From the NCBI GenBank assembly GCA_041910135.1, contig JAYRRJ010000107.1, positions 1-31,732 on the forward strand: a stretch of DNA of 31,732 bases, given 5' to 3'. This stretch comes from Candidatus Levyibacteriota bacterium (lineage in GTDB: Bacteria > Patescibacteriota > Microgenomatia > Levybacterales > GWA1-39-11). Every line of letters begins with the position of its first letter. The stretch's first letter is position 1. Below are positions 1 through 8,317 of this stretch, piece after piece. The position numbers were made by a program, and so were the translations under genes. The notes beneath the pieces are model-generated. The model saw only the letters and a program-made list of their open reading frames with translations. It made no database searches and was not told where the DNA came from.

Positions 1-2
1 AC

Positions 3-215
3 AAAATCTTGAAAGAAATAGGAGATGCTGACCCGGAGATGCTTATTTCCGTAGTCAGAAATATGATGGTAAACGGTTTTAATGATGGTAAAAATGTCAC
101 ACGCCTGTATATGTCATGCAAAAAAATGCTCGCCCTTTTACCGTTGGTCAGTAAAAATAACGTAAGTGTCAGGACTTTTGTCGAAAAAGCGTTTGTTCCC
201 GACTCTCTTTCATAA
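3..215 (+). CDS. 3' end of a hypothetical protein, truncated by the window start
   Basis: Frame is open from the window edge to TAA at 213-215 and ends just upstream of the pilin promoter. No recognisable motif. Confidence 0.5.
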   Translation, partial: KILKEIGDADPEMLISVVRNMMVNGFNDGKNVTRLYMSCKKMLALLPLVSKNNVSVRTFVEKAFVPDSLS

Positions 216-270
216 CCGGTATTGTAAATTTCAGGCAAAATATCCTTCAATCCAAGACTTAAATTGGGGC

Positions 271-300
271 TTGACAAAGATTTTTGGATATGATTATGAT
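271..300 (+). promoter_or_regulatory. sigma70-type promoter of the first pilin
   Basis: TTGACA (271-276), 18 bp spacer, TATGAT (295-300), ATG at 310. Confidence 0.75.
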
Positions 301-309
301 GGATTTAAC

Positions 310-894
310 ATGAAATTATTCCCTGCCCGGAAATTGCAGAAAGGCTTCAGCTTCGGTAGAAGCCAAACTGGCTTTACCCTCATCGAACTTCTTGTTGTTA
401 TTGGTATACTCGGAATTCTTGCAGCTGCACTTGTCGCGACAATTGACCCGTTCGAACAATTGAAAAAAGCTGATGATGCAAAGATTAAAAATATTGCAGT
501 TGAATATCAGACTGCTCTAGTCAGGTACTACACAACCCATGGCGCCTTTCCATGGAGTGATGCGAATAATAGTGACGCCAACTGTACGGGGATTGGTGGA
601 GCCGATATAGCAAACACGTTAAGCACAGCCGGTTTGGCTTCATGTACTACGAACGGTCTTATAGGTGAAGGAGAATTGAAGAGTGCATTCACTTCAAATC
701 AGACAGATATGGGTAAAGTAAAAGTCTATTGGAGAACTGCAGCTCAAACGGACGTCCAGATTTGCTTCAGCCCAACTTCCAAGTCACAGAAAGCATCACC
801 AGAGACCGTTTATGATAACACAGGCGCTACTCCTGCCGCCGGTTGTCCAAGCGCAACAGCAGCCGATGGTGCATGTTGGTGGTGCACTAAGTAA
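310..894 (+). CDS. Type IV pilin (major-pilin-like, class III signal peptide)
   Basis: QTG|FTLIELLVVIGILGILAAALV prepilin motif and six Cys in the globular domain. Start moved from the ORF-track 166 to ATG 310, which follows the promoter. Confidence 0.9.
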   Translation: MKLFPARKLQKGFSFGRSQTGFTLIELLVVIGILGILAAALVATIDPFEQLKKADDAKIKNIAVEYQTALVRYYTTHGAFPWSDANNSDANCTGIGGADIANTLSTAGLASCTTNGLIGEGELKSAFTSNQTDMGKVKVYWRTAAQTDVQICFSPTSKSQKASPETVYDNTGATPAAGCPSATAADGACWWCTK

Positions 895-941
895 TCGTAT
901 TTCCTCTATTAAATTTTCCTAATTTTGCTTATCATAAATAC

Positions 942-1703
942 ATGGTGTCAATACTGCTATTTGTTATTGGAGCAACTTTGGGAAGCTTTCTTAATGTGCT
1001 TATCGACAGGTTGTCGACGGGAAGAAATTTTACAACAGGGCGTTCTTATTGTGAGCACTGTAAAAAAACCCTTAAAACCGCCGATCTTGTTCCAATCTTT
1101 TCCTATCTCTTGTTGTTAGGTAAGTGTCGGTATTGCAAAAAAAGCATTCCTTTTAGAATTTTTTTTGTTGAACTTTTTTGCTCCCTGCTATTTCCTTTTA
1201 CATATAGCTACATTCTTCAGAGCGGATACAGTCTTTCGGTAGCGCCCTTCCTTTTTCTTGTATTATGGTCTTATATCGGGATATTTTTTGCGGACTTTGA
1301 GTATGGAATCATCCCCGACCTATTAGTGGGTATCTCCATCTTAGCTGCAATGCCATTCTTGTTCATTACAGTGATGCCGTTTATGAATCACCTTGTCTCT
1401 GCGCTTGGTGCATTTCTATTCTTCCTCATTCTCCATCTTGCGACAAAAGGGAAAGGTATGGGCTTGGGAGACGTAAAACTGGCGTTCTCCTTCGGCTTGC
1501 TTTTGGGTTTTCCACTTGTTGTCGTGGGCTTGTACGTGGCTTTCTTGACAGGTGCAGCTGTTGCAATCATACTGGTTATATGGAGAAAATTGCGCTTTTT
1601 CGGCGGTACGGTTCCCTTCGGGCCATTTCTTATTCTTGCCGCATACTTCGCTCTTTTTTTTGGGGACCAAGTAACAGTTTTTATAACAAGAAGTTTCTTT
1701 TAA
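942..1703 (+). CDS. pilD: Prepilin peptidase / N-methyltransferase (A24 family)
   Basis: GSFLNV, RSYCEHC and GKCRYC zinc-binding Cys pairs, D...GIIPD and GMGLGDVKL aspartate motifs, VPFGPFL, multiple TM helices. Confidence 0.95.
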   Translation: MVSILLFVIGATLGSFLNVLIDRLSTGRNFTTGRSYCEHCKKTLKTADLVPIFSYLLLLGKCRYCKKSIPFRIFFVELFCSLLFPFTYSYILQSGYSLSVAPFLFLVLWSYIGIFFADFEYGIIPDLLVGISILAAMPFLFITVMPFMNHLVSALGAFLFFLILHLATKGKGMGLGDVKLAFSFGLLLGFPLVVVGLYVAFLTGAAVAIILVIWRKLRFFGGTVPFGPFLILAAYFALFFGDQVTVFITRSFF

Positions 1704-2209
1704 GACAGATAAGCCAAGCGGGCTTTACTCTTGTCGAACTTATCACCGCCATAGGAGTACTAGCGATACTCGTGTCGACCGTTATTGCCGTTATTAACCC
1801 TCTTGAGCAATTCAATAAGGCGCAGGATACTAAAAGAAAGGCCGATTTGGCGCAGATACAGCGTGCTCTTGAAGTTTACTACCAGGATTATCATAGATAT
1901 CCTTACTCGATACAAAGTAAGATCTCAACTGACAATACTCCGGGCGGTGTTATTCAGTGGGGAACCACCTGGAGTCCTTATATGGATGTATTGCCTGTCG
2001 ACCCTTCAGGCTCAAAGCGATACGTATATTGGGCAGATAGCACAGGACAATCATATGCTCTCTATATGGCCCTTGATAGAGGTAGTAAGGACCCACAGGC
2101 GTGCAATGGCGGAAATGCATGTGATAACGCGGCAGCTAACGGACTCATCTGTGGGGGAACAAGCGTACCTTGCACTTATGGCGTAACGAGTCCAAATATT
2201 TCGCCGTAA
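1580..2209 (+). CDS. Type IV pilin / GspG-like pseudopilin (start uncertain)
   Basis: QAG|FTLVELITAIGVLAIL, AQDTKRKADLAQIQRALEVY, Cys-rich C-terminus. The only canonical in-frame start is ATG 1580, inside pilD. An in-frame ATA lies at 1709. Confidence 0.8.
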   Translation: MEKIALFRRYGSLRAISYSCRILRSFFWGPSNSFYNKKFLLRQISQAGFTLVELITAIGVLAILVSTVIAVINPLEQFNKAQDTKRKADLAQIQRALEVYYQDYHRYPYSIQSKISTDNTPGGVIQWGTTWSPYMDVLPVDPSGSKRYVYWADSTGQSYALYMALDRGSKDPQACNGGNACDNAAANGLICGGTSVPCTYGVTSPNISP

Positions 2210-2247
2210 GAGTGCCTTCCATCAAATTTTTTAGTATGATTAAAGTA

Positions 2248-2718
2248 ATGAAAAAAAAGCAAACCGGATTTACCCTGAGCAAGACGAATGGGCAAACTGG
2301 ATTTACTTTAATTGAGCTTCTTGTTTCGATATCGATAATTGCAATCCTCACTGCACTTTTAACCGTTAATTTTATTGGAGCAAGGCAGCGCGGACGAGAC
2401 GGGCAAAGGAAAGCAAATTTGTACCAGATCCAATCTGCTCTTGAGTTGTACCGCGCTGACAACGGGGATTATCCCCTATCTGCCGCTTTGGCTGCATGCG
2501 GTAATGGCATCGCTTCGGCAGGCGGTACTATCTACATGACAAAAGTCCCGTGCGATCCTCTATCCGGGTCAGCATATCAATATACGTCCGTTGACGGCCA
2601 GACGTATACGTTATTTGCATGTCTTGAGAATCAGGAAGATTCTGATAAAGACACCGATCCGGCAGATGCAAGCGCGTGTGCCTCCCCTTATGTGCCGTTC
2701 AAGTTAACAAACCCGTAG
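2248..2718 (+). CDS. Type IV pilin / GspG-like pseudopilin
   Basis: QTG|FTLIELLVSISIIAIL, RQRGRDGQRKANLYQIQSALELY, VPCDP. Start ATG 2248 lies 7 nt after TATGAT (2235-2240). ATG 2236 is an alternative. Confidence 0.9.
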   Translation: MKKKQTGFTLSKTNGQTGFTLIELLVSISIIAILTALLTVNFIGARQRGRDGQRKANLYQIQSALELYRADNGDYPLSAALAACGNGIASAGGTIYMTKVPCDPLSGSAYQYTSVDGQTYTLFACLENQEDSDKDTDPADASACASPYVPFKLTNP

Positions 2719-2734
2719 GTGGTTTTTTGTATGT

Positions 2735-3247
2735 ATGGCTTTAAAATTTTTCAAACAACACAACGAAGGTTTCACGCTCATTGAGATTCTTGTCGTTTTT
2801 AGTATTGTAGCTGTTTTGTCAGGGATAGGCATCGCTTCATTTGCATCTTACAGCATAACTCAGCAGCTGAACCAAACCGCAAACAAAATCAAGCAGCTTG
2901 TGAACGAAGCAATGTTCAATGCCCTCTCTGCTGTTAAAACCAACAAAGATCAGAATGGGAGCACTGTCACGTGCGGAAATGAATCCTTTGAAGGCTATAG
3001 TATAACCGTTATTGGCAATGATCAGGTAAGACTTTCTTTGCAGTGCGACAACATTGGTTCACTGACAACAAAGAATTTGACTATGCCAAAGGGGTATGCG
3101 ATAGGAAATGGCACAACCTGCGTAGAGATGCACTTTGACTCACTATCATCAACAGGAAGCGGTATCCCCTGTCAAATAGTTCTCACCGGATACAATTTGG
3201 AAAAAACCATATCGGTGGATGCGGCAGGAAATACGTCTGTTCAATAA
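2735..3247 (+). CDS. Minor pilin (FimT/GspH-like)
   Basis: EG|FTLIEILVVFSIVAVLSGI motif and C-terminal ISVDAAGN beta-strand ending typical of GspH/FimT. Subtype assigned partly by position. Confidence 0.8.
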   Translation: MALKFFKQHNEGFTLIEILVVFSIVAVLSGIGIASFASYSITQQLNQTANKIKQLVNEAMFNALSAVKTNKDQNGSTVTCGNESFEGYSITVIGNDQVRLSLQCDNIGSLTTKNLTMPKGYAIGNGTTCVEMHFDSLSSTGSGIPCQIVLTGYNLEKTISVDAAGNTSVQ

Positions 3248-3248
3248 C

Positions 3249-3743
3249 ATGAAGAATTCGCAAAGCGGGCAAACAATAATCGAGGCGATGGTTGCTCTGG
3301 TTACAATTTTACTGATAATAACAGCAATATCTGTCGTCATTGTGAATGGACTATATAACTCGAGATTTATTAAAAACCAGAATGAAGCAAACAAATATGC
3401 CCAACAAGGAATGGAATTCGTCAGAAATATCCAAAAAAATGATCTCGCAACGTTTTCGCAGTACAGCCAAGCCGGACAGACATATTGCATCGATTCTGTC
3501 AACAACATACTTACAACTATCGATTGTAGTGAGACGGGCGTGAACACCGGCACTTCATATAACAGAACCGTCACTTTTGCGCCTGCAGGAGGGGAATGCC
3601 TTGATACTCCCAACAACAAGGAGACTAAAGCGACCGTCACGGTTAAATGGTCTTCTACAAAGTGCCCGGCGACAAATACATTTTGTCACAAATCGGTCCT
3701 GACGGCTTGTTTGACATATATCTATCCAGAAAGCAGTCCATGA
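3249..3743 (+). CDS. Minor pilin (PilV-like)
   Basis: SG|QTIIEAMVALVTILL degenerate prepilin motif with Glu5 retained. ATG 3249 lies 1 nt after the upstream stop. Confidence 0.8.
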   Translation: MKNSQSGQTIIEAMVALVTILLIITAISVVIVNGLYNSRFIKNQNEANKYAQQGMEFVRNIQKNDLATFSQYSQAGQTYCIDSVNNILTTIDCSETGVNTGTSYNRTVTFAPAGGECLDTPNNKETKATVTVKWSSTKCPATNTFCHKSVLTACLTYIYPESSP

Positions 3744-4300
3744 AAAAACACATGCAACAAAGAGGATATACATTGGTGGAGTTGCTTGCAGCAACTGCAA
3801 TCATTGTTATAGTATCGGGACTCATTATCGGAGTTCTCTACTCTACTTTAAGAGGAGGAAACAAAACAAGGATAATAAATGAGGTTGCACAAAACGGAAA
3901 TTATGCTCTTTCGGTTATTTCCAACACCGCTCTTCTTGCCAGCTCTGTCACAAAAGTTGGAGGGGTTGATGTGACTGACTGCTCAACTCCCAAAAATGGT
4001 ACGTCAATTGAATTTAAGAATGCTGACGGCTCTTTGGTGAGCTTTTCTTGCGATATTGCAACGTCGAGCATCGCTTCCTCGAGCGCCAACACAACAACCT
4101 ATCTTATCGACAACAATTCGGTAAAAATTGACCCGGCAACGTGTGATTTTACCTGTAAGCAAACAAATAATAATCCATACGCAAACCCAATAATCAGTGC
4201 ATCATTTACGGTTTCACAAAGAAATGCATCTTCACCTTTTGAAAATGCCGCGTCAAGTACATTTAACACATCAGTAACAATCCGCAACTACAATCCGTAG
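3740..4300 (+). CDS. Minor pilin (PilW-like)
   Basis: RG|YTLVELLAATAII motif. ATGA overlap (3740-3743) with the upstream gene. Confidence 0.85.
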   Translation: MKKHMQQRGYTLVELLAATAIIVIVSGLIIGVLYSTLRGGNKTRIINEVAQNGNYALSVISNTALLASSVTKVGGVDVTDCSTPKNGTSIEFKNADGSLVSFSCDIATSSIASSSANTTTYLIDNNSVKIDPATCDFTCKQTNNNPYANPIISASFTVSQRNASSPFENAASSTFNTSVTIRNYNP

Positions 4301-4350
4301 GATTGCGCTTTAATCCGTCGGATTGCGCTTTAATCCGTCGGATTTTTTTT
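4292..4350 (+). repeat. 20-bp palindromic tandem repeat (~2.6 copies) with T8 tail, probable intrinsic terminator
   Basis: aatccgtaggattgcgcttt / aatccgtcggattgcgcttt / aatccgtcggatt followed by a T run to 4350. Each unit contains the inverted repeat aatcc...ggatt. Confidence 0.85.
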
Positions 4351-4380
4351 CAATCCCTCTCAATCATCACTTCCACCAGC

Positions 4381-4410
4381 TTGACAGAAGCTCTTCTTTG
4401 ACCGTATTAT
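4381..4410 (+). promoter_or_regulatory. sigma70-type promoter of the pilX-pilM-pilN-pilO-like unit
   Basis: TTGACA (4381-4386), 18 bp spacer, TATTAT (4405-4410), ATG at 4421. Confidence 0.75.
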
Positions 4411-4420
4411 GAATAAGTAT

Positions 4421-5311
4421 ATGGCTTTTCGAAGAAGTTCTATTGCTAGTGGTCAAGACGGGCAAATACTCCTCATTGTTGTACTTACCATGATTGTTGC
4501 CCTTACCGTAGGGCTTTCAATTGCCGCGCGAATTGTTACGGAATTAAAATTGTCTAAACAAAACGAGGAGTCTCAGCGGGCTTTTCAGGCTGCAGAATCG
4601 GGAATACAGCAGACGCTTATCCGCCAGAATTCTATAAATGTTCCCATTAACCTTGGCAACAATGCCTCATTCTCGACTACCTATACAGCCGATAAGGGTA
4701 AAGAAATTGTCATGAATAATGGACAAGCGGTCGACCAGGTAACCGGAGGAGACGTATGGCTTTCCGATTATTCTTCTGACCCAGCACTCATTTTCAAAAA
4801 TCCTATGGGTAGCGGGAACGTTGTGTCAATTATGATGTATTGGGGTTCTGTCAATCAAAATTCATGTGCATCAAGTAGCGGTGATTCTGTTTCTCCCGCA
4901 ATTGAGGTAGTGCTGCTTTCAGGTACAGCCGCCAATCCCGTAGTTCAGAAAAGTATATTCGAGTCTAACGGATGTACAAGAATTGCAAACGCGGTAGCCG
5001 GGACAACTGCGGGAGGTCCATTTACGGTTGGTGGAGTAAAATTCCTCAACTCCGCACCCCTTACTTTTAACAGCAACCCGATGTCGAACGGACTTATTAT
5101 GAAGATAATTCCTATTTTCAATTCGAGTACTGTAGGGTTTCAATCACAAGATACGGCCCCCGATCCTGCCGACCCTTACGCATTTCCCGCGCAAGGATCG
5201 GTAGTAACCTCTACCGGCACGTCGGGTGATACTGTCAGAAAAGTCGTATATTACCAATCTTATCCTCAACTGCCATTGGAAATCTTTCCCTATTCTCTTT
5301 TGTCGCAATGA
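4421..5311 (+). CDS. Minor pilin (PilX/GspK-like)
   Basis: DG|QILLIVVLTMIVALTVGLSIA lacking Glu5, as is typical of PilX/GspK, and RAFQAAESGI motif. ATG 4409 overlaps the -10 box, so ATG 4421 is preferred. Confidence 0.8.
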   Translation: MAFRRSSIASGQDGQILLIVVLTMIVALTVGLSIAARIVTELKLSKQNEESQRAFQAAESGIQQTLIRQNSINVPINLGNNASFSTTYTADKGKEIVMNNGQAVDQVTGGDVWLSDYSSDPALIFKNPMGSGNVVSIMMYWGSVNQNSCASSSGDSVSPAIEVVLLSGTAANPVVQKSIFESNGCTRIANAVAGTTAGGPFTVGGVKFLNSAPLTFNSNPMSNGLIMKIIPIFNSSTVGFQSQDTAPDPADPYAFPAQGSVVTSTGTSGDTVRKVVYYQSYPQLPLEIFPYSLLSQ

Positions 5312-6333
5312 GTGCAACATTCGGTCTTGATATTGGAACCACATCTATAAAGGCGCTCTCTATTAAGAAGAGTGGTAACATCTTGTCAATTGAATCCTTA
5401 GGTATTGGTCCGACACCTACCAAAGGCATAATGTCCGAGTCGCCTGAGGATTTGGCAAAATTTACCGATGCTATTAAGCAGGTAATAAACAGCGCCGGTA
5501 TTAAGCAGAAAGAAGTGAATATAGCGCTTCCCGAAAGTCAGGTCTATACCAAAATTATTGAAATGCCGTCGCTTTCCGAGAAAGAGTTGGCAGCGGCATT
5601 AAAATATGAGATGGAACAATATATTCCGCTTCCGCTTGACCAGGTAAAAACCGATTGGCAAATATTGGGCCCCACGAGTAATCAGTCTAAAACCACACGG
5701 GTTTTATTGGTCGCCGCCTCACTATCTCTTATAAAAAAATACGAGCAGATAGCCGAGCAGCTTGGTTTTGTACCGGCAACAATTGAGACCGAAATGTTGT
5801 CGGTTCACCGTTCGGTTTTTCCCCTCGTTAACACTCAAAGTTCAAACATTATTGTACATATGGGTGCGGCAACAACCAATATTGCGGTTGTAGAAAACGG
5901 CGAAATAGTAATGGTCTTTACCGTTGATAAAGGTGGTATTGCGATAACCAGAGCGATTTCGCTCGATTTGGGAATAGATATTTCGCAAGCAGATTCATAT
6001 AAAAAAGCATATGGACTGAGTAAAGATGCATTTGAAGGAAAAATTGGGAAATCCCTATTTCCAATTCTCGAATCAATACTTGGTGACATCAGAAAGACAA
6101 TGCTGCTTTACAAAGAAAAGAATCCCAATCAACAGATAACTCAACTTATCCTTTCGGGGGGTTCTGCGCAATTGCCGGGCGTCGATATTTTTTTCACGAA
6201 TCAACTAAATCTACAAGTCGTTTTGGGAAGTGCATTTCAAATATATGATATTAAAAACATTCCTCAAGAACTCGTTTCCGACGCGCTAAGTTTTAATGTG
6301 GTTGTTGGGCTTGCTCTCAAAGACGTTTTGTAA
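5308..6333 (+). CDS. pilM: Type IV pilus assembly protein PilM (actin-like ATPase fold)
   Basis: FGLDIGTTSIK, EMEQYIPLPLDQVKTDW, VHMGAATT, ILSGGSAQLPG, VVVGLALK. ATGA overlap with the upstream gene. Confidence 0.95.
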   Translation: MSATFGLDIGTTSIKALSIKKSGNILSIESLGIGPTPTKGIMSESPEDLAKFTDAIKQVINSAGIKQKEVNIALPESQVYTKIIEMPSLSEKELAAALKYEMEQYIPLPLDQVKTDWQILGPTSNQSKTTRVLLVAASLSLIKKYEQIAEQLGFVPATIETEMLSVHRSVFPLVNTQSSNIIVHMGAATTNIAVVENGEIVMVFTVDKGGIAITRAISLDLGIDISQADSYKKAYGLSKDAFEGKIGKSLFPILESILGDIRKTMLLYKEKNPNQQITQLILSGGSAQLPGVDIFFTNQLNLQVVLGSAFQIYDIKNIPQELVSDALSFNVVVGLALKDVL

Positions 6334-6366
6334 AATTTTTTTTGGGTTTCTCATTGAAAAATCCGT

Positions 6367-6903
6367 ATGAAAAAAGGGATAAACCTCACGTTAGGAAAAA
6401 AAAGCGTCGACAACGCATTGAGGAAAGTTTTTTTTGCGTCGGTTGCATTGTTTTGTTTTACTATTCTTATTTCTTTCTCGCTCATTGCATATCGTCTCAT
6501 CCTTAAAAATTCCTTCGATGAGTTGGATAAAAAGGAACAAAAGTTAAATCAGCAAATTCTTGGAATGGAGGACAAAAGAGATAAACTGATTGATATGAAG
6601 GGAAGGCTGGATGACATTAGAAAAATTGTATCGAGAAGATTACCGATGAATTCAAGAATCACCTCCCTCTCTGAAGTAATTCCTGAGGACGTAACGGTTA
6701 ATAATATTAGCGGCACCGATGTTACCATCCAAATCTCACTTGAGTCCGAAAACCTTTCGACTTTAAACGACTTGGTCGAACAAAAAATCGTAGCGTTAGC
6801 GCAGGACAAAAAGAAGAAAATAAAAAAGATACAGATGCAAACATTTGGTCTTAACCCGAAGACATTAAAATATTCGATAACTTTTTCCATAATATTCGGT
6901 TAG
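6367..6903 (+). CDS. PilN-like pilus alignment protein
   Basis: Follows pilM. N-terminal INL motif, single TM helix, coiled coil, then a ferredoxin-like alpha/beta pattern. Confidence 0.7.
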   Translation: MKKGINLTLGKKSVDNALRKVFFASVALFCFTILISFSLIAYRLILKNSFDELDKKEQKLNQQILGMEDKRDKLIDMKGRLDDIRKIVSRRLPMNSRITSLSEVIPEDVTVNNISGTDVTIQISLESENLSTLNDLVEQKIVALAQDKKKKIKKIQMQTFGLNPKTLKYSITFSIIFG

Positions 6904-6905
6904 GT

Positions 6906-7565
6906 ATGAAAGAGCTCGATTTTATTTACAGGAAACATAAAAAAAAGATTTTGCCTCTCATTTTTGGGTTTGTTTCTGTATTTGTCTTTTTTAGAATAAT
7001 TATTCCTCAATGGTCGGACATCACTGATGTTCAGTCATTATTAACAACAAAAAATAAGGTTGTAGAAGCAAAGGGTGCTACGGTTGATTTACTTAATTCA
7101 CTATCCCAGGAGAATGTTGATAGTGATTATGCCCTCGCAACAACTGCGCTACCTAATCAAAAGGATATCGTTCTCATTTTTTCCGAATTGAGCGATGCAG
7201 CAAGCAAGTCAAATGTCAAACTGGGAGGGTTTAGTTTGAAAGTTGGAGGAATTTACACAACGACCAAAAATGCCAAATCGGCAGACAAATCGATAAATGG
7301 AATACCTTATCTGAATATTTTGGTCAATGTAAGTGGTAAAAATGATAATCTAAGGAAATTTGCCGACGTTATATACAAAAGCATGCCTGTTGTAGAAATA
7401 AAAAGTATTGATATAACGAAAAGTGACGCTCGATATGATGTGAATTTCTATTTTAAACCGGTTGCACTTAAAGCGCCCAATGCCGATTCGACGGCGCTCA
7501 CAAGCCTTACTCCGCTTCAAGCCTCCCAGTTGAAGGAATTGAAGTCTTGGAAGCAAGGGAATTAG
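6906..7565 (+). CDS. PilO-like pilus alignment protein
   Basis: Follows the pilN-like gene. TM helix, coiled coil, ALP...D and ELSDAASKSNVKL pattern, VVEIKSI. Confidence 0.7.
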   Translation: MKELDFIYRKHKKKILPLIFGFVSVFVFFRIIIPQWSDITDVQSLLTTKNKVVEAKGATVDLLNSLSQENVDSDYALATTALPNQKDIVLIFSELSDAASKSNVKLGGFSLKVGGIYTTTKNAKSADKSINGIPYLNILVNVSGKNDNLRKFADVIYKSMPVVEIKSIDITKSDARYDVNFYFKPVALKAPNADSTALTSLTPLQASQLKELKSWKQGN

Positions 7566-8263
7566 TCGTTATCCCTCACCTCTTTTAGAAGTTCCGGCCT
7601 CCTCCTTTTTGTCATAATTTGTGATTGCTCCTTTTTAAACTTTTGAATTTTTACCGGGTCACCAGAGATAAGAGCTATTGGAACTGTTGTGCCATTGTAC
7701 GTTTCCGGCCGCGTGTATGTCGGTCCTTCGAGAAGCCGCTTACCCTCAACTAATGAATGCGATTCGGTTTTTGTTGCGGTTTCATCTTTGAGAACGCCAG
7801 GAATGAGGCGAGTTACACTATCAATTACTGCCATGGCGGGAATTTCTCCTCCGGTCAAAACATAATCTCCGACCGATAGCTCCATATCGACAAGACTTCG
7901 TATTCTTTCGTCAAATCCTTCATAATGCCCACAAACTAGGATAAGGTGTGATAGAGTTGAGAATTCTTCAGCCACTTCTTGTTTATAAACTTTTCCTTGC
8001 GGGTCAAGAAGTACTACTTTTTCACCCTTAATTCCTGTACGGGTTGACTTTATAGCCTCATCCATAACATCAACGCGAAGAACCATTCCTGCCCCTCCTC
8101 CGTACGGTTTGTCGTCTACTATTTTGTGTTTTCCTATCCCAAAATCACGGTGATTAACGATGTTAAATTCAACTTTGCATTTCAATTGGGCACGTTTTAG
8201 TATAGAGCTATTGAGAATTGGCTCAAAAACCTCAGGAAATAATGTGATTACGGAAATCTTCAT
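7562..8263 (-). CDS. trmD: tRNA (guanine37-N1)-methyltransferase
   Basis: ITLFPE, VDDKPYGGGAGMVL, LVCGHYEGFDER, SVGDYVLTGGEIPA. Confidence 0.98.
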   Translation of the reverse strand: MKISVITLFPEVFEPILNSSILKRAQLKCKVEFNIVNHRDFGIGKHKIVDDKPYGGGAGMVLRVDVMDEAIKSTRTGIKGEKVVLLDPQGKVYKQEVAEEFSTLSHLILVCGHYEGFDERIRSLVDMELSVGDYVLTGGEIPAMAVIDSVTRLIPGVLKDETATKTESHSLVEGKRLLEGPTYTRPETYNGTTVPIALISGDPVKIQKFKKEQSQIMTKRRRPELLKEVRDND

Positions 8264-8317
8264 ACTTTTAGTGTAGCGTACTTACGAAATAAGTCGAGTG
8301 AGGTGTGGAGTGCTTAA

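Noticed and set aside
166-309. ORF-track N-terminal extensions (pilin 166, pilin 2170, 3219, 3647, rpsP 8855, nusB 20617, tyrS 24125, NUDIX 24119, PBP 24528, 28100, 29024)
   Set aside because: The extensions overlap neighbouring genes or promoter boxes. Downstream ATGs fit family N-termini and -10 spacing better.
4292-4350. Mini CRISPR array
   Set aside because: Units are directly tandem 20-mers with no unique spacers, and no cas genes are present.
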